Shown here in pieces: positions 25,268 to 38,222 of a stretch of DNA of 64,000 nt. The stretch is from Squalus acanthias (lineage: Eukaryota). Below the pieces are notes generated by a model. That model ran no database searches and had not been told where the DNA came from. It was given only the letters and a program-made list of their open reading frames with translations. Position 1 is the first letter of the stretch, and the number at the start of each line of letters is the position of its first letter. The stretch lies in NCBI GenBank assembly GCA_030390025.1, contig CM059432.1, forward strand, positions 40,116,001 through 40,180,000, written 5' to 3'. Position numbers and translations under genes: made by a program.

Positions 25268-26514
25268 GCTAGTGGGGTGAAAATTGTGCCTGTAATTCCC
25301 TCATACGTTACTGATCTTAATTTGGGCCGAGAAGCAGCAGAGAAATGGAAGAGATCAATATTTTGCATATCTAACTAGGAATAATGCAGTGCTAGATTTG
25401 GTTCTGGATAATGAATCAAGTCAGTTAAGTGACCTGAAGGTAGAAGAACACTTGGAGAAATTGTGAACATATACAAATTAAGATCACATTAAAAAGAAAG
25501 TCATTGAAGATAAAGGTGTTGGGTTGGAAATTAAGTAATTTGAGTGTAATAAAAGGAGACCTAGCCCTGATTTATTGGTTGAAAATGGTCATTGCCCGAT
25601 ACTTATGAGGCACAAATATTACCTGCCACTTGTCATTCCCAGCCTATATGTTGTCCAAGTCCTGATGTGCTGAAACAGCTTGGCTAAGGGAGGCAGGTCC
25701 ACTACAGGCAGGATATTGTCAGGCACTATGGGGTTTGGGATATTTGAAGAAGGCTGAATCAGATCATCCACTTAGCACCTTTGACTGAAGACATTTACAA
25801 AAACTTCAGCCTTGCCTTTTCCCCTCACTTTCTCCCTCTTAGAGGGACAATTTCCTCCCTCTTAAAGGGAGAACTTTCATCTCTGAGTAGCTTGAAGACT
25901 TGGAAAGACTGACGTCAGACGCCCAGACTGTTGTCCAAGTCTGGACTTCCACTGAAATGCCCAGCTCCTTGCCCAACTCTAAGATCACTCACTTCTTCCT
26001 AGGCCTGTCCACCTGGTTCCCTCCCCCACAACTCCAGGGCCTGATCACCATATCCCCTCATTACCAGTTTAGGCTTCCTGCTGACTTTCAGTTTGACAAT
26101 AGCACATTTAAAAACCATTAGTTTACTAATATATTAAAATATGGCTCGCACTCTCTGGTTCAATTCCTGACCAGTGTTGAATTTCCAGGCCTAGAAATTG
26201 GATATGGCCTGAAAACGGGTGATGTCACGTCCAGGCCCTATTTAGCTGCGCCGGGTCAAAGTGGTCAAGGTAGCATACAAAATTCGTGCTGACTGCTTAT
26301 TTACATGATTATAGTGCTGATCTCAGCGCAAAACACGCTGCTCATTGGCTTACCGCTCAACAGGTGGGCCAATATTGGGTGCAGTCTAATTGGTAGTAAT
26401 GTTTGGCCTAGGATTTCTCCAGTACTTAAAGGGGAGGTGCTTTGATGCAGCAACACCTCATTGTCATTCTATTTGGAGCTCCAATTGGATTCAGTAGTGA
26501 ACTTGCAAGAGATC

Positions 26515-28416
26515 ACTGAGCAGCAGCAGAGGGAAAGAGCTAGTCTGTTGTCAGATGTGGCTCTGGAGGCACTGGTGGTGGCTGTGGAGAGGAGGCGGGC
26601 TGTCCTCTTCCCGCAGACTGGCAGGAAACCATCTGCCCATACATCTAGAAGGCTCTGGTAGGATATATCTGCATACGTGACAGCCAACAGTGTGATCCCC
26701 AGATCATGGATACAATGCCGCAGGAAGTTTAATGACCTCACACGGCAGGTCAAGGTAAAAGAAGGCTTCAGCAAATGCCGTATCCCAGCATCTGCACCAC
26801 AAGCCTCTCTCAATGCTCAATGCACTACACCCCCCTAACTGACCTAACAGCAATCTCTACCTATCACCACGCATACCTCACAATCATAGCTTCACTTCAC
26901 ACTCACAACCTTACCACTGCTGCAACACTCACATCCACATCTCACATCTTTCACACACTGGGAGCTATTCAACTATGGCAGGCACATCACCCAAACACAT
27001 TGCATCACACTCACTGACACATGCCCCTTTCTCTTGCAGGCTAAGGTCGCTCACAATCACTGGGAGCAGTGGCAGACAGGTGGGGTGCAAGCCACAATAC
27101 AGGCCTTGAGCCAACTGGAGGAGAGTGTGCTCGACATCATTGGAGGGGAAGTCACCGAGCCCGTGGCGAAGTTGAAGCCCTTGGGGACAACAATGGTATG
27201 CTCATTCCTAATCCTTCTTCTCACATCCCACTTCCCCCTCATTCCACAATCTCTTCTCACTTACAAGCTGCTGATGCTGTATGCATGGATATCTTGCTTT
27301 CCCCGCCTCCCCTCACCACTACCCAACTCTTGTGCCTTTCTGCTTTCAGATAACCAAGAGCTGTCAGCTGCAGAGCCTGTCCCCGAAGTCATGGAGGAGA
27401 GCGAAGAAGAAGGCAGACCTTCACTGCATCTGACACTCGCAGACAACAACTCATAAATTGGCACTGCGCGGAATTTAGAGGGTAGTGTAGATGCGGGATC
27501 TGCACATGGTGATATACTGGGCACGAGTGCGCTTCAGTAAGGCTAGGGGGAAAGGGTAGCTCGCGCGCCAGCTCCCCGGAGGGAGAGTTCACGCGCGAGT
27601 TCTGCTGCACGCAACTCAGATGAGGACCTCAATGGGGCGGCCTTCAGAAGAAGAGTGATGGGCGGCATGCACACTAAATTGCTAGGTGCAATGGCAAGCT
27701 GGCCAGAGAGCCTCTTGGCAAGGTCAAGGAGAATGGTGGAATCCGGTTCCAACATTAGCTGGGGCTTTGCGCAGAGCTTGGAGCCCATGATTTCCAGGCT
27801 GGGAATGATGGACAACTCCAGGAGAGACTGTGTCGACCCAGACATGATGATGCGTGTGATGGGCGATGTCGCAGCTGTCATTGCAGCACAGGCGGAAGCG
27901 ACCCGACGTCTCACTGCAATGGAAGCGCAGACTGCTCTCCTGCAGGCTCAGCTTGCTGCCACACAAGATCAGACTGCTGCTATCGTGGCTGGGTTTACCA
28001 GTGTCAAGCACGGCTTGCAGGGTGTCGCAGCAGCCCAGCAATCTGTCCTCCAACAGATTGCTAGGAATACTTAGGTGCCGCATCAGGGGAGTGGCAGTGG
28101 GTCTGTGGAGCAGGAACCTGCTGTCCTCTCTCAGGATGACAGCATTCCTATTCCCACCACTGCCACTCTGCCATTGCCCTTGCCGCTAGCCTAGACTGCT
28201 GCCGCCCATGCCGAGGTGGTGCAGTCTATAGCCAGGCCTTCTAGGTCCAGAGCTGCTCGAGGTCGTCCTGCAAGGCCATCTGAAGTCTCCCTCACGGAAA
28301 CTCAGCAGCCTTCCACCAGCCATGCTGGAGCCACTGGGGAAGCACTGCGTAGGAGCACCAGAGCAGGAAAGGGCACAGTAACGACAGGCACTGAGGGATT
28401 GCACAAGCGTGATTAG
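26515..28416 (+). pseudogene. Harbinger Myb/SANT-like DNA-binding gene, 3 exons (~26515-26754, 27040-27195, 27350-28416), with stops
   Basis: LSDVALEALVVAVERRRAVLFP..LW*DISAYV..RSWIQCRRKFNDL trihelix/Myb pattern; QTGG motif; GT-AG introns; in-frame TAG at 26659-26661 and later stops. Confidence 0.8.
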
Positions 28417-28794
28417 TTAATATTGTAATTGTAAATTGAATAGTGATAAAATTATTAATTTTGTTTGGAATCTTTGTTTTGTGGTGGCTTTCATTTCAGC
28501 TTTGTGCCCAGGAGGATGCTGTGATATTCCATGACAGAGGGATGGTATGATGGGGATGTGGTTGATGAGGATGTGGTGAGCAAAAGGGATCTGGGGTTTC
28601 ATTCGTTCGAATCGGAGTCTAATGAGGCATTCACGGACAGTCCGTGCAGAAGGGGAATTTGCTGACTGCCTCCTCCCTTCCTCCTCTTCCTCCTCCTCCT
28701 CCTCCTCCTCTTCTCCCTCGTTCTCCTCCTTCTCCTCCTCTCCCTCATCCTCTTCCTGAGGTGGTCCCGCAATCCCTGGTGGCAAGGGCTGCTC

Positions 28795-28876
28795 CCTCTC
28801 TCTCTGTCTCCCTTCCCCGGTTGTCTCCCCGTCTGACTGCCATATTTGTCTCTTTCTCTGTCTCCTGCGTTTGTCT

Positions 28877-28914
<38 letters not shown>

Positions 28915-29420
28915 TCCCCATCTTTCTCCCCGTCTGTCTCCCACATCCGTCTCCCCGCTGTCTGTCTCTCTCTTTGTCGCCCCATCTCTCTCTCTCTGTC
29001 TCACGCCCCCCCCTCCCCCGTCCGTCTCCCCTTCTAACTCTCCCTGTCTGTCTCTTTATCTGTCTTCCCCTTCTGTCTCTCTGTCTGCCCCCGTCTGTGA
29101 ACCCCCATCTGTCTCCATCAGTCTCTCTTCCCCGTCCTTATCTCCTCACCATGTCTATCTCTCACTCTGTCTTCCTTGGATATGTCTCTCCCCATATGTC
29201 TCCCCTGTCTTCTCTGTCTGTCTGTCTCTCTCTCTGTCTCCCTTGTGTCGGTCTCTCTCTGTCATCCACAGTCTGTCTCCACACCATGCCCCCCACGCCA
29301 CCAATCTCTCTCTCCCTGTCTTCCCTTGTCTGACTCTCTCTGTCTCTCCCCGTCTTTCTCCAACAGTCTCTCCCCTCTGCCCTTCTCCCCTCCCGGCCTG
29401 TCTCTAGCTCTGTCTCCCCC
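28795..29420. repeat. CT-rich low-complexity / (CT)n tract
   Basis: Directly visible; further (CT)n at 29845-29922. Confidence 0.9.
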
Positions 29421-29441
29421 ATGTTGTTTTAAACAACCTTC

Positions 29442-29819
29442 TGTTGTTCACTTGAGTAGTAATGAATTCAGTCTTATGGTTATAATCATTTTATTCTTTA
29501 ACTTCAGCATAAAAAGCAATTTACTAGCAGAGTATAGTCATAGCTAGAGCACGCGGGCGTAGACATACGTCCCTTCTCTGGCTGCTTGAACAAAGGAAAA
29601 GGCTTCTATTTATACACTATTCTCTTTATCAAACTGGATGTAGCCTTGCCTTATTTGGTAGTCTCCGGTCAAAAGCACCGTCCTTCAGCCAATGCATACA
29701 AGTTACATTTCTCGTACATCAACATTCGGTAGTTTACATTCAATGTACCGTCAATCAACCGGCTTGTACTTCAGCATCCTCTTGCAAAGATTGTAAAGGC
29801 CCTACTTCAATCTTAAACA
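29442..29819 (-). mobile_element. Possible solo LTR
   Basis: TGTT...AACA termini; on minus strand TATAAAT (29614-29608) then AATAAA (29495-29490); no clear TSD. Confidence 0.45.
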
Positions 29820-29845
29820 CTAGCTGTTGCAAAGTGAAATCTGTA

Positions 29846-29883
<38 letters not shown>

Positions 29884-29889
29884 CCTCTC

Positions 29890-29923
<34 letters not shown>

Positions 29924-32900
29924 ATGATGCCAACCACCTTTTATCCCATGTTGAATGAACTAAACATGAACACCTTTCGGAAGCTGAATTAACCGAGTTC
30001 CATATGCCAACAGATAGCTCTTTCAAAGAGCCGGCACAGGCACGATGGGTCGAATGGCCTCCTGTGCTGTATGATTCTTTGATTGCCAAATTGTGAAGCA
30101 TGTAGTAGACCACCATGAAATGGGACACCCGCTCCGCCGAGTACTGGAGGGCTCCCCCCGAGCGGTCAAGGCAACGGAACTGTTGCTTCAGCAACCCAAT
30201 TGTCTGCTCGATGGTGTTCCTGGTGGCAGCATGGCTTTCATTATATGAGTGCTGGGCATGAGTATTGGGGTTGCAGAGGGGAGTCATGAGCCAGGTGCAG
30301 AGCGGATAGCCCTTGTCTCCGAGCAGCCACCCTCGGGTTTGACGTGGTGGCTGGAAGATTGCTGGCACACCGGATTGACGCAGGATGAAGGCAGCATGAC
30401 TGCTGCCAGGATAGCGGGCATTGCCCATCAGGATGCGCTGGGCTTAGTCACACAACAACTGCACATTAAGTGAGCGGTAGCCTTTGCGATTACGGAAGTT
30501 CTCAGGATTGTTATGCAGCGCCCGCAAAGCCATGTGGGTGCAGTGGATGGCGCCCTGCACCATGGGGAAGCCCGCTATCCTGGCAAAGCCACATGTGCGA
30601 TCCTCCTCCTTCTGTGACCTCCTGATGCAGTGATGGACGGCGAACTGGGAGATGCTAGCTATGTCTCCTGCTGCAGACTGGAAGGATCTGCTGGTGAAGA
30701 AGTTGAGGGCCACGGTGACCTTGAGGGCTACTGGGAGAGCTGTGCTCGCCCTGCTCTGAGGCTCCAGGTCTGGTTGCAGGAGGTGGCAACGTTCTGTGAC
30801 CACCTCCTTGCTGAAGCGGAACCTTCTAATACACTGTTCCTCGCTTAAGTGGATGTAAGACAAGTGCTCTCTGAAGACCCGAGGAGGGTAAGGCCTCCTG
30901 TTGCGAGCCCTCCTGGATCTCCTCCTCCTCTTCCCTCTGCGCATATCTTCTCTTCTTCGCTGCCTCCGCTCCATCTCCCGAAGATGCTCAAGCACGAGGG
31001 GGCTGCCAATACAGCCCCCATAACTGTGAGAAAGTGTTGTGAGTAGAAACCTTTAAAAAAAGAATGAAGGCGTTCTCCACTTGCCCCAACACTCCCTGCC
31101 ACCTTAGGACCTTGAAAGAAGTTTAGAAAGCTGCTAGACTTCCAGAATGTTCCATAAAGCCAGTCAAACTGAACAAACATGTCAGCTGCAAGTTGTTGCT
31201 GACGATCCCTTTAAATATCGCTGCTGGAGCCTCCTTCCTGCTTGTGAACACTTGCTCAGCTGGTCGCAATTTACACAGGCCGGTAAGTTGAGCAGCGCAC
31301 TCCAAGCTGGCAGATCAGGCATCAGGTGAGCGTTGCACACTCACTGACGTCACAATCTGCATAATCTCTATATTGCTAACGAGCGCGGACATTGGCCGCG
31401 CTGCCGCCCAGCTGAAAATGGTGGGCAACGGCAGCAGACGGAAGTGCAGGCAGCTGCCATTTTTTCACAAAATGGGCCTTAACGGCCAGCGCTAACACTA
31501 CGAATTTCTAGGACCCCGTGTTTAAAAATAAAAACCTGCTGGCACTCTAGACTCCCATGAAGAATGGCCACTTGAGGCAAATTACTGGAGGGTTGCCATC
31601 ATCAGTGGAATTGTACCCTATTACGAATTGGTGCTTTATGGGGAGGAATTAACTATGGCATTGCTGAATTCCAGTAGTTCATGAATAAGAAGGTGTAAAC
31701 TGTGTCTGACAGTCAAAGATGAGAATGGACCCATATAAGTAACGGTTTTAAGTAACTAATATGTGCGAACTGGTGAAGACGGCCCCTTTAGATGAAGCTT
31801 GAAATACTTTAACATTGTAGTTTTAGCTCAACTTTAGAATGAGTCCACCAGTTTACTGATAGAGCTATGGGTCTGTTGTTTATCCAGTGGATCTGTAACA
31901 AAACACTTGAGTGCTAGAAATCTTCAGCTGACGTGGCTGAAGATTTGGAGAATCTGGATGTGATATTTGAGTGGATTCTGTTGGGTTATGTGTAAAAATA
32001 TTTCTGTTCGTTTTGGTTCCCATATGAGTAATCTGTTTATACCTATTCCATGAAAGTACATGAATACTGTGCTTTTAACTTATTAGAAACATTTGCAGAA
32101 ATTGGAGCTTTTCAAGCAGAGCAGTAGCTTTGCCTGATGAAAATTGGTAGACGTTAGGATGCTGCTTTGGTTCTGAGGCCCTGTCATTTCAATGGATGAT
32201 GATGCCATTTTTGTTTTGGTTGTGGTGGGGGAGGGGGGAGGAGAAGGGGCATTTCCATGTTGTAAATGTGTGATTAGGTCAGTAGATATCAGCTTTTTGT
32301 GGCTCCCTTTTCCCTCTTCCACTCCCCCCCCCCCCCCCCCCCCCCCCTCCACAATAAGAAAGGGATTACTCATTACTCTATGGTGCTATAGATTTGATCA
32401 CAGTCTCGTATTACAGTTATCATGGTGCAGATATTTTATCACTCTGTACTCGAGCGTGTACTCTTACTTTCTCATCCACTGTGTACACTGCAGCAGAACC
32501 ACAAACATTGGCAAAAGGTGTAATAATCTGTTTGACTTGATTGTTATGATTTTTATTGTTAGACACTCCATAAAATTGCTTGCCATTTTCTATTCATTTT
32601 AATCTATATTCACTTAACCTTTACATTTTTCTTACTCATTGCTGTTATTTTTGAGGTAATATTTCTCATTAGATGGAGCTCATGTATAGTGTGGCTTTGA
32701 AACTCTCAAGCAAATTAAGTACTGTACTGAGCTGCATTAAATTTATTTTTTCAGTTAATTTTCTTTAGTTTCCTCTTATCTTATCCCCTTTTATCCCATC
32801 ATAGAGCTACTCCAACAGTGGCTACAGATATAGGTTGCTCAATTTCTGCACCCCCCAAATCAATACTGTTGTGATCGCAATACAAAAATATGGAAGAAAA

Positions 32901-32999
32901 TGGGTGGAAACATGCAACCCACTGCAATGTCCCTAAATTATTAACCTAGAATATTCCTGGAAGTTTTTGTAATTATTTGATGAATAACTGAATTAACAA

Positions 33000-33300
33000 G
33001 CTCCTCCAATAGCTCAGTAAGTAGCTGAATCATACATATCCGGCGGGTCCCAGATTCAATCCCTGGTCTGTATTGAGTTAGCTTATCTCAGCTGGAGCAG
33101 TGATAGGGGCACTGTGATTTTTCTTGCACATTCCACTTTAGGGAAGGAGTAATCGGCCCCTGATTGTTGCCTAGCTCCCTGCTGGAGATGTACTTGTGTG
33201 GTGGTCTGGTTGGGAGAAGAACTTGAGCTCAACTGTTGTGCCTCCTCCATTAGAATAGCCTGTTGACACTGAGATTTCAAGGCTGACTTTTGAATAATTG
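33000..33300 (+). mobile_element. Old tRNA-derived SINE-like relic
   Basis: tagctcagt A-box-like and gattcaatccc B-box-like motifs; highly diverged. Confidence 0.4.
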
Positions 33301-33429
33301 CTACTTAGGTAGGGTACCAGAGGACAACTAACACCTTCATGAGTGGAGAAAATGGACAAGAATTTATTTTTAAACAATTTGAATTTGACATTATAAATTA
33401 TAGATCCAGAAATGCATAAATAGTGCTAA

Positions 33430-33725
33430 CCCTCTGAGAACTCTCTGTTCCTCCAACTCTGGCCACTTGCTTTGCCCCACCACTGGCAGCCGTGCCTTCA
33501 GCCATCTAGGTCCTAAGCTCTGGAATTCCCTCCCTAAAACTCTCCACCTCTCTCCCCTCCTTTAATACACTTCTTAAAACCTTCCTCTTTGACTAAGCTT
33601 TTGAGTGCCTGTCCTAATGTCTCCTTCTTTGGCTTGGTGTCAATTTTTTTCTCATAACGCTCCTGTAAAGCGCCTTGGGACGTTTTACTACATTAAAGGC
33701 GCCATATAAATGCAAGTTGTTGTTG
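33430..33725 (+). mobile_element. L2 3' end, 50 bp upstream of a NAGPA exon
   Basis: Similar to 49320-49636; ends ataaatgcaagttgttgttg. Confidence 0.85.
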
Positions 33726-33775
33726 TATTCATATTAATGGGAAACTAAACATTTACTAAATCTTTTTTTAAATAG

Positions 33776-33884
33776 GGTCTTTTGAAAAATTTGTCAATGT
33801 GGTGTCTGCACGAACTGCTGTCGGACATGATAAATATGGGAGGCTTATTTTATTCCATATTGATGGACAGACTGGCGACAGAGG
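33776..33884 (+). CDS. NAGPA: NAGPA coding exon
   Basis: ttttttaaatag| ... |gtaaga; (G)SFEKFVNVVSARTAVGHDKYGRLILFHIDGQTGDR(G), containing the ARTAxG motif; 109 nt, phase 1 to 2, in frame with neighbours. Confidence 0.95.
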
Positions 33885-35926
33885 GTAAGACCTATTTATT
33901 AGCCTCAGATTTAAAAGAAATCATTTTTTATGGTTGTCCTATTACAACTTTACCGGTTAAATTTGTATTCAGAATCAATACAATACATTAACCAATTATA
34001 TTCATTTTTTTGTTCACTGTTTTCTTTTTAAAGTATTAGTTCTGCCTGTAATTTTTTTTTTTTATTATAGCCCTGTTTGAGTCATGCATGTAATTGTACT
34101 CAATTCACTGATCTATCACATAATAGAACTGAAGTTCAAAGTAATCTGGATTCAATTAAAATGTAGGCTACAGATATATTTGGTTCCATGCAGTAACCAT
34201 TACTAAGAATTTATTTTTATCATCCAAGTATGAAACATTTGGCATATCTCCATTTCATACACATTTTAACAAGCAGTTCCAGGGCTCCCTTTGCAGGTTA
34301 TGGTGTATTATGCTATCGGTTGACTTGTGGGATGCCTGCCACCCCATGTCTTAGAGAGGTTTTATTCAGAGAAGTTTCAAGAAATTTTGCAGTTCCGTCC
34401 TTCCCTCTACCCTCTCCCGTACAAAAGTCTTTTGATGCGTTCTATGCTTCTTTTAATTTCCGTTCCAAATCTGAGGTGCATTGGGCAGGGAGATGCTGAC
34501 CAGAGTTCTGCAGCTGTGGTTTCAGCAACTCTCAGTTGGGGAGGGAAATCTGCGGGGACAGTCTTTTGTCCCTACTGGCAGGCTGCAGGGAGTATTATGA
34601 GCAAGCCATGTATCCTTTCCTTAGCTACAGAGGTGCAGGGTCAGATGCGCAAAAAAGGCGACCAATGTGCAGAAAAATGGGAAATGCCCAAAAGTGCCCT
34701 GGTGAGAAAAGTGTTAATTGGAAAGAGCCAGAAATTCACTGAACTGTTTGTTACATGTAAGAAACTTGAAGTAAACCTGTCATCCAACAAAAAAAATGTT
34801 TTATTGGTTAGTGTATTCTACCAGCAGATAAACAGAGTTCATTTTATTAATGTTCAGGCCGACTTTTCAGAAGCAGAAGTCACTGGGTTTATTTGACTTT
34901 TGTCCAACATTGTTTTGATTTAGTTAGAAGCCAATGTCCGCAGTTTTGCAGGGTCATGCTAGTCTTTCTGAGAAAGTGCTTGCTCCTCCTTCAGATATAC
35001 TATTTCAGCAGAATTACTAAAGGCAGGGTGTCTAAAACTGTGGCCCACAAACCCTAGCAATCTTGCCCAAACAGCTCAGTTCAATTTGCGCGTGTATTTC
35101 TTACTCACTGGTTTGTTTGTTTGAATTTTGTGGGCCTGCTTTGGAACAAGCTTTTCTTGCATCATTAGTGAACAAATCAGAAATCAGAACACATTTCATG
35201 CATCCACAGTTTGAGATTTAAGCAAATTAATGGAAACATTGATTTGTAATATATATGTGACCTGCATGATTCCTTGGTAAGCAAGAAGTGAAGACAAGAA
35301 GTTTGGGCATTTCTGACAATTTATTTGAAGGATAAAAATATGGGCTTGCAACTTTTGGTATTGTATTCCTTCGGCAATTCCCTATTTAGAGCAGGAAATC
35401 TGATCCATGTGCTACAGTTAGTTAATGGATCACGTGTGATTACACGCTATTGTGTCAGGCAGAATTATGATTGTATATCATGTCCAACAAAAAGATCACT
35501 TTGTTTTGCAATATAGCATTTCATTGTTTATTGAAGTAGCTTTGGCAGTGTTGACTGAGTTCCAACAACACTTTGTACTTTAGAACACAGCACTATTTAT
35601 TGACCTATTTTTGATTTGCCAATGTCAACCCTTGAGATACATGCACAAGTCCCACTATCCAGGTTTTTTTTTAATGTTCACAATTTATGCAAGAAGTTTA
35701 AACATGTAGAAAGCTAAGTTTAACTTTCCCATGTGACCTACAGAATTTAAACAAAATACTCCCAGAAACTGCAAGACTCTCGAGAATTGATGCCATTTCC
35801 AGTTGACAAACCAACATAAAAATTCAAACAACCATAGATAAGAATTCTAACATTAATGTAAATAATCACTGGTTGACTATTTCCCACTCTACTTTTTGCT
35901 GGTTGGTGCCCCTCACTCTGTTTCCT

Positions 35927-36082
35927 GACTTCAGCTGGTGTTCTTTGCCACCTGCTCCATTCTCTCTTCATTGCAGCCTTTTGGTATTTCTTCTGTTGAT
36001 TGAAATCAGCAGCAGAAAATATTCCAACAAGCCAGCATTGAAGAGAGAATGGAGCAGGTGGCAGAGAACACCAGCTGAAGTC
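35927..36082. repeat. Inverted repeat/hairpin with 44-bp arms
   Basis: 35927-35970 is the reverse complement of 36039-36082 with one mismatch. Confidence 0.85.
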
Positions 36083-36669
36083 GAGGAACAAAGAATTGGA
36101 TAAGGCTGCTTCTTCATTGGTCATAAAAAGCTGTGTGTTGAGCATTTAAGCACGTAAATAGAAAATGACTTTGAGGGCCAAGTAACCAGAGTTTGTGAGC
36201 CATAGTTTAAGCACCCAGATCTGGAGGATCTGATCAAACCTTCAATTCTGCATCGCTGCCAAGCCCTTAGTCCCTTTTAATCCTTATTGCCCTTTTTTTT
36301 TAATACAATTTTTTAATAGATTGCAATTGTATAAAAAATATTTCTATCATCTAATAGCATGCAAAATTATTAAATTAGATATTTGAATCACAGCATTCTA
36401 AGCCTTAATTCCTGATTATCCATCCCTCAATTTTTTTAAGACTATTCATAATCCATGAAATTTGACCAAAATCCCATGATGAATGTACAGCCCTAGTATA
36501 CTCCATGTACCATGGCAATTAATCTACCTGGCAAACTTTATCAGATCTGCCCAGATTAAAATGAAGCCTAGATTCCATAATGAAAAAGATAACGATCAAG
36601 TGATATCCCAGGCCTTTGCTATTTTGAAATCTTGCATTGCATGCTGGAGTGACCTAGACTAACTCGTCC

Positions 36670-38109
36670 AATACAATAGCAAAATACTGCGGATGCTGGA
36701 AATCCGAAATAACAACAGAAAACGCTGGAAAAACTCAGCAGGCCAGGCAGCATCCGTGGAGAGAGAAACAGAGTTAACGTTTCAGGTCGAAGACCTTTCG
36801 TCAGAACTGGAAAAAAGCAGGAAATGGAATAGATTTTAAAGCAAGTTTAGAGGCTGGGAAGGGGATGAAAGAACAAAAGGGAAGGTCAGTGATAGGATAG
36901 AAAGCAGGAGAGATTAAGAGACATTGAGCGATATTCAAGGCAAGAGGAGGTGGTAATGGGACAGGTTAAGGAACAAAGGATGGCTCTAGATGAAGTGTGA
37001 ATTGCGCTGGCAGAATGAAGGACAGCTGCCATGTGGGAGGGAAGGAAAAAAGGCCAAACAAAAAGTGTGGATAAAAAAAATATATAAATATATATATATA
37101 TGTGATGGGGGCCGAGGTTATGATCTGAAATTGTTGAACTCTATGTTGAGTCCAGAGGGCTGTAGAGTGCCGAATCGAAAGATGAGTTGCTGTTCCTCGA
37201 GCTTACGCTGAGCTTCCGTGGAACAATGCAAGAGGCTGAGGACGGTGAAGTCTGAGTGGGAATGGAGCGGTGAATTAAAGTGACAGGCCACCGGGAGCTC
37301 GGGGTCCCCCTTACGGACTGAACGGAGGTGTTCTGCAAAGCGGTCACCCAATCTGCGTTTGGGGCCCCAAACATCCCTTCCAGGTGAAACAGCGATTTAC
37401 TTGTACTTCTTGCAATTTAGTATACTGTATTCGCTGCTCACGATGTGGTCTCCTCTACATTGGGGAGACCAAACGCAGATTGGGTGACCGCTTTGCAGAA
37501 CACGTCCGTTCAGTCCGTAAGGGGGACCCCGAGCTCCCGGTGGCCTGTCACTTTAAATCACCGCTCCATTCCCACTCGGACCTCACCGTCCTCGGCCTCT
37601 TGCATTGTTCCACGGAAGCTCAGTGTAAGCTCGAGGAACAGCAACACATCTTTCAATTAGGCACTCTACAGCCCTCTGGACTCAACATAGAGTTCAACAA
37701 TTTCAGATCATAACCTTGGCCCCTATCTCTCTCTCTCTTTTTATCCACACTTTTTGTTTGGCCTTTTTTCCTTCCCTCCCACATGGCAACTGTCCTTCAT
37801 TCTGCCAGCGCAATTCACACTTCATCTAGAGCCATCCTTTGTTCCTTAACCTGTCCCATTACCACCTCCTCTTGCCTTGAATATCTCTCAATGTCTCTTA
37901 ATCTCTCCTGCTTTCTATCCTATCACTGACCTTCCCTTTTGTTCTTTCATCCCCTCCCCCCTTTTCCCAGCCTCTAAACTTGCTTTAAAATCTATTCCAT
38001 TTCCTGCTTTTTTTCCAGTTCTGACGAAAGGTCTTCGACCTGAAACGTTAACTCTGTTTCTCTCTCCACGGATGCTGCCTGACCTGCTGAGTTTTTCCAG
38101 CGTTTTCTG
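36670..38109. mobile_element. PLE family B, 5'-truncated with inverted duplication (~645-bp arms)
   Basis: 15-bp TSD tagactaactcgtcc (36655-36669 / 38110-38124); GIY-YIG ORF 37384-37713 (LVYCIRC..YIGETKRRLGDRFAEH..GLN) and its inverted copy 37118-37351. Confidence 0.93.
38017..38053 (+). ncRNA. Minimal hammerhead ribozyme motif of PLE-B (inverted twin at ~36772-36808)
   Basis: AGUU-CUGACGA-A-AGGUC-uuc-GACCU-GAAAC-GUU-AACU: cores, stem II, palindromic AACGUU helix III, stem I AGUU/AACU. Confidence 0.78.
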
Positions 38110-38222
38110 TAGACTAACTCGTCCTTTGATATTCCTGTTCCTGGTAATTCATAGTGTAAAATGGATAATCTAATAAGAGCGATTTGGTTTGAATTAACAG
38201 AAGTAAAAAAATTGCATTACAG

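Larger units (their letters stand above)
28600..31021 (-). pseudogene. Harbinger (HARBI1-like, DDE_Tnp_4) transposase, frameshifted and interrupted at ~28795-30080
   Basis: GFPMVQGAIHCTH, NRKGYRSLNVQLLCD, YPGSSHAAFIL, LLGDKGYP, YNESHAATRNTIEQTIGLLKQQFRCL, LHNLAI; acidic C-terminus resumes at ~28795. Confidence 0.9.
26188..31514. mobile_element. PIF/Harbinger DNA transposon, decayed autonomous-type copy with two convergent genes
   Basis: TIRs ggcctagaaatt (26188) / aatttctaggac (31503-31514); Myb/SANT-like gene on +, DDE transposase on -. Confidence 0.88.

Noticed and set aside
28417..29547. Several long ORFs rich in ER/SL repeats
   Set aside because: Artefacts of CT/GA low-complexity sequence; only 28600-28795 belongs to the transposase
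34230..34896. 189-aa ORF in a NAGPA intron
   Set aside because: No recognisable domain, non-ATG start, no supported splice context
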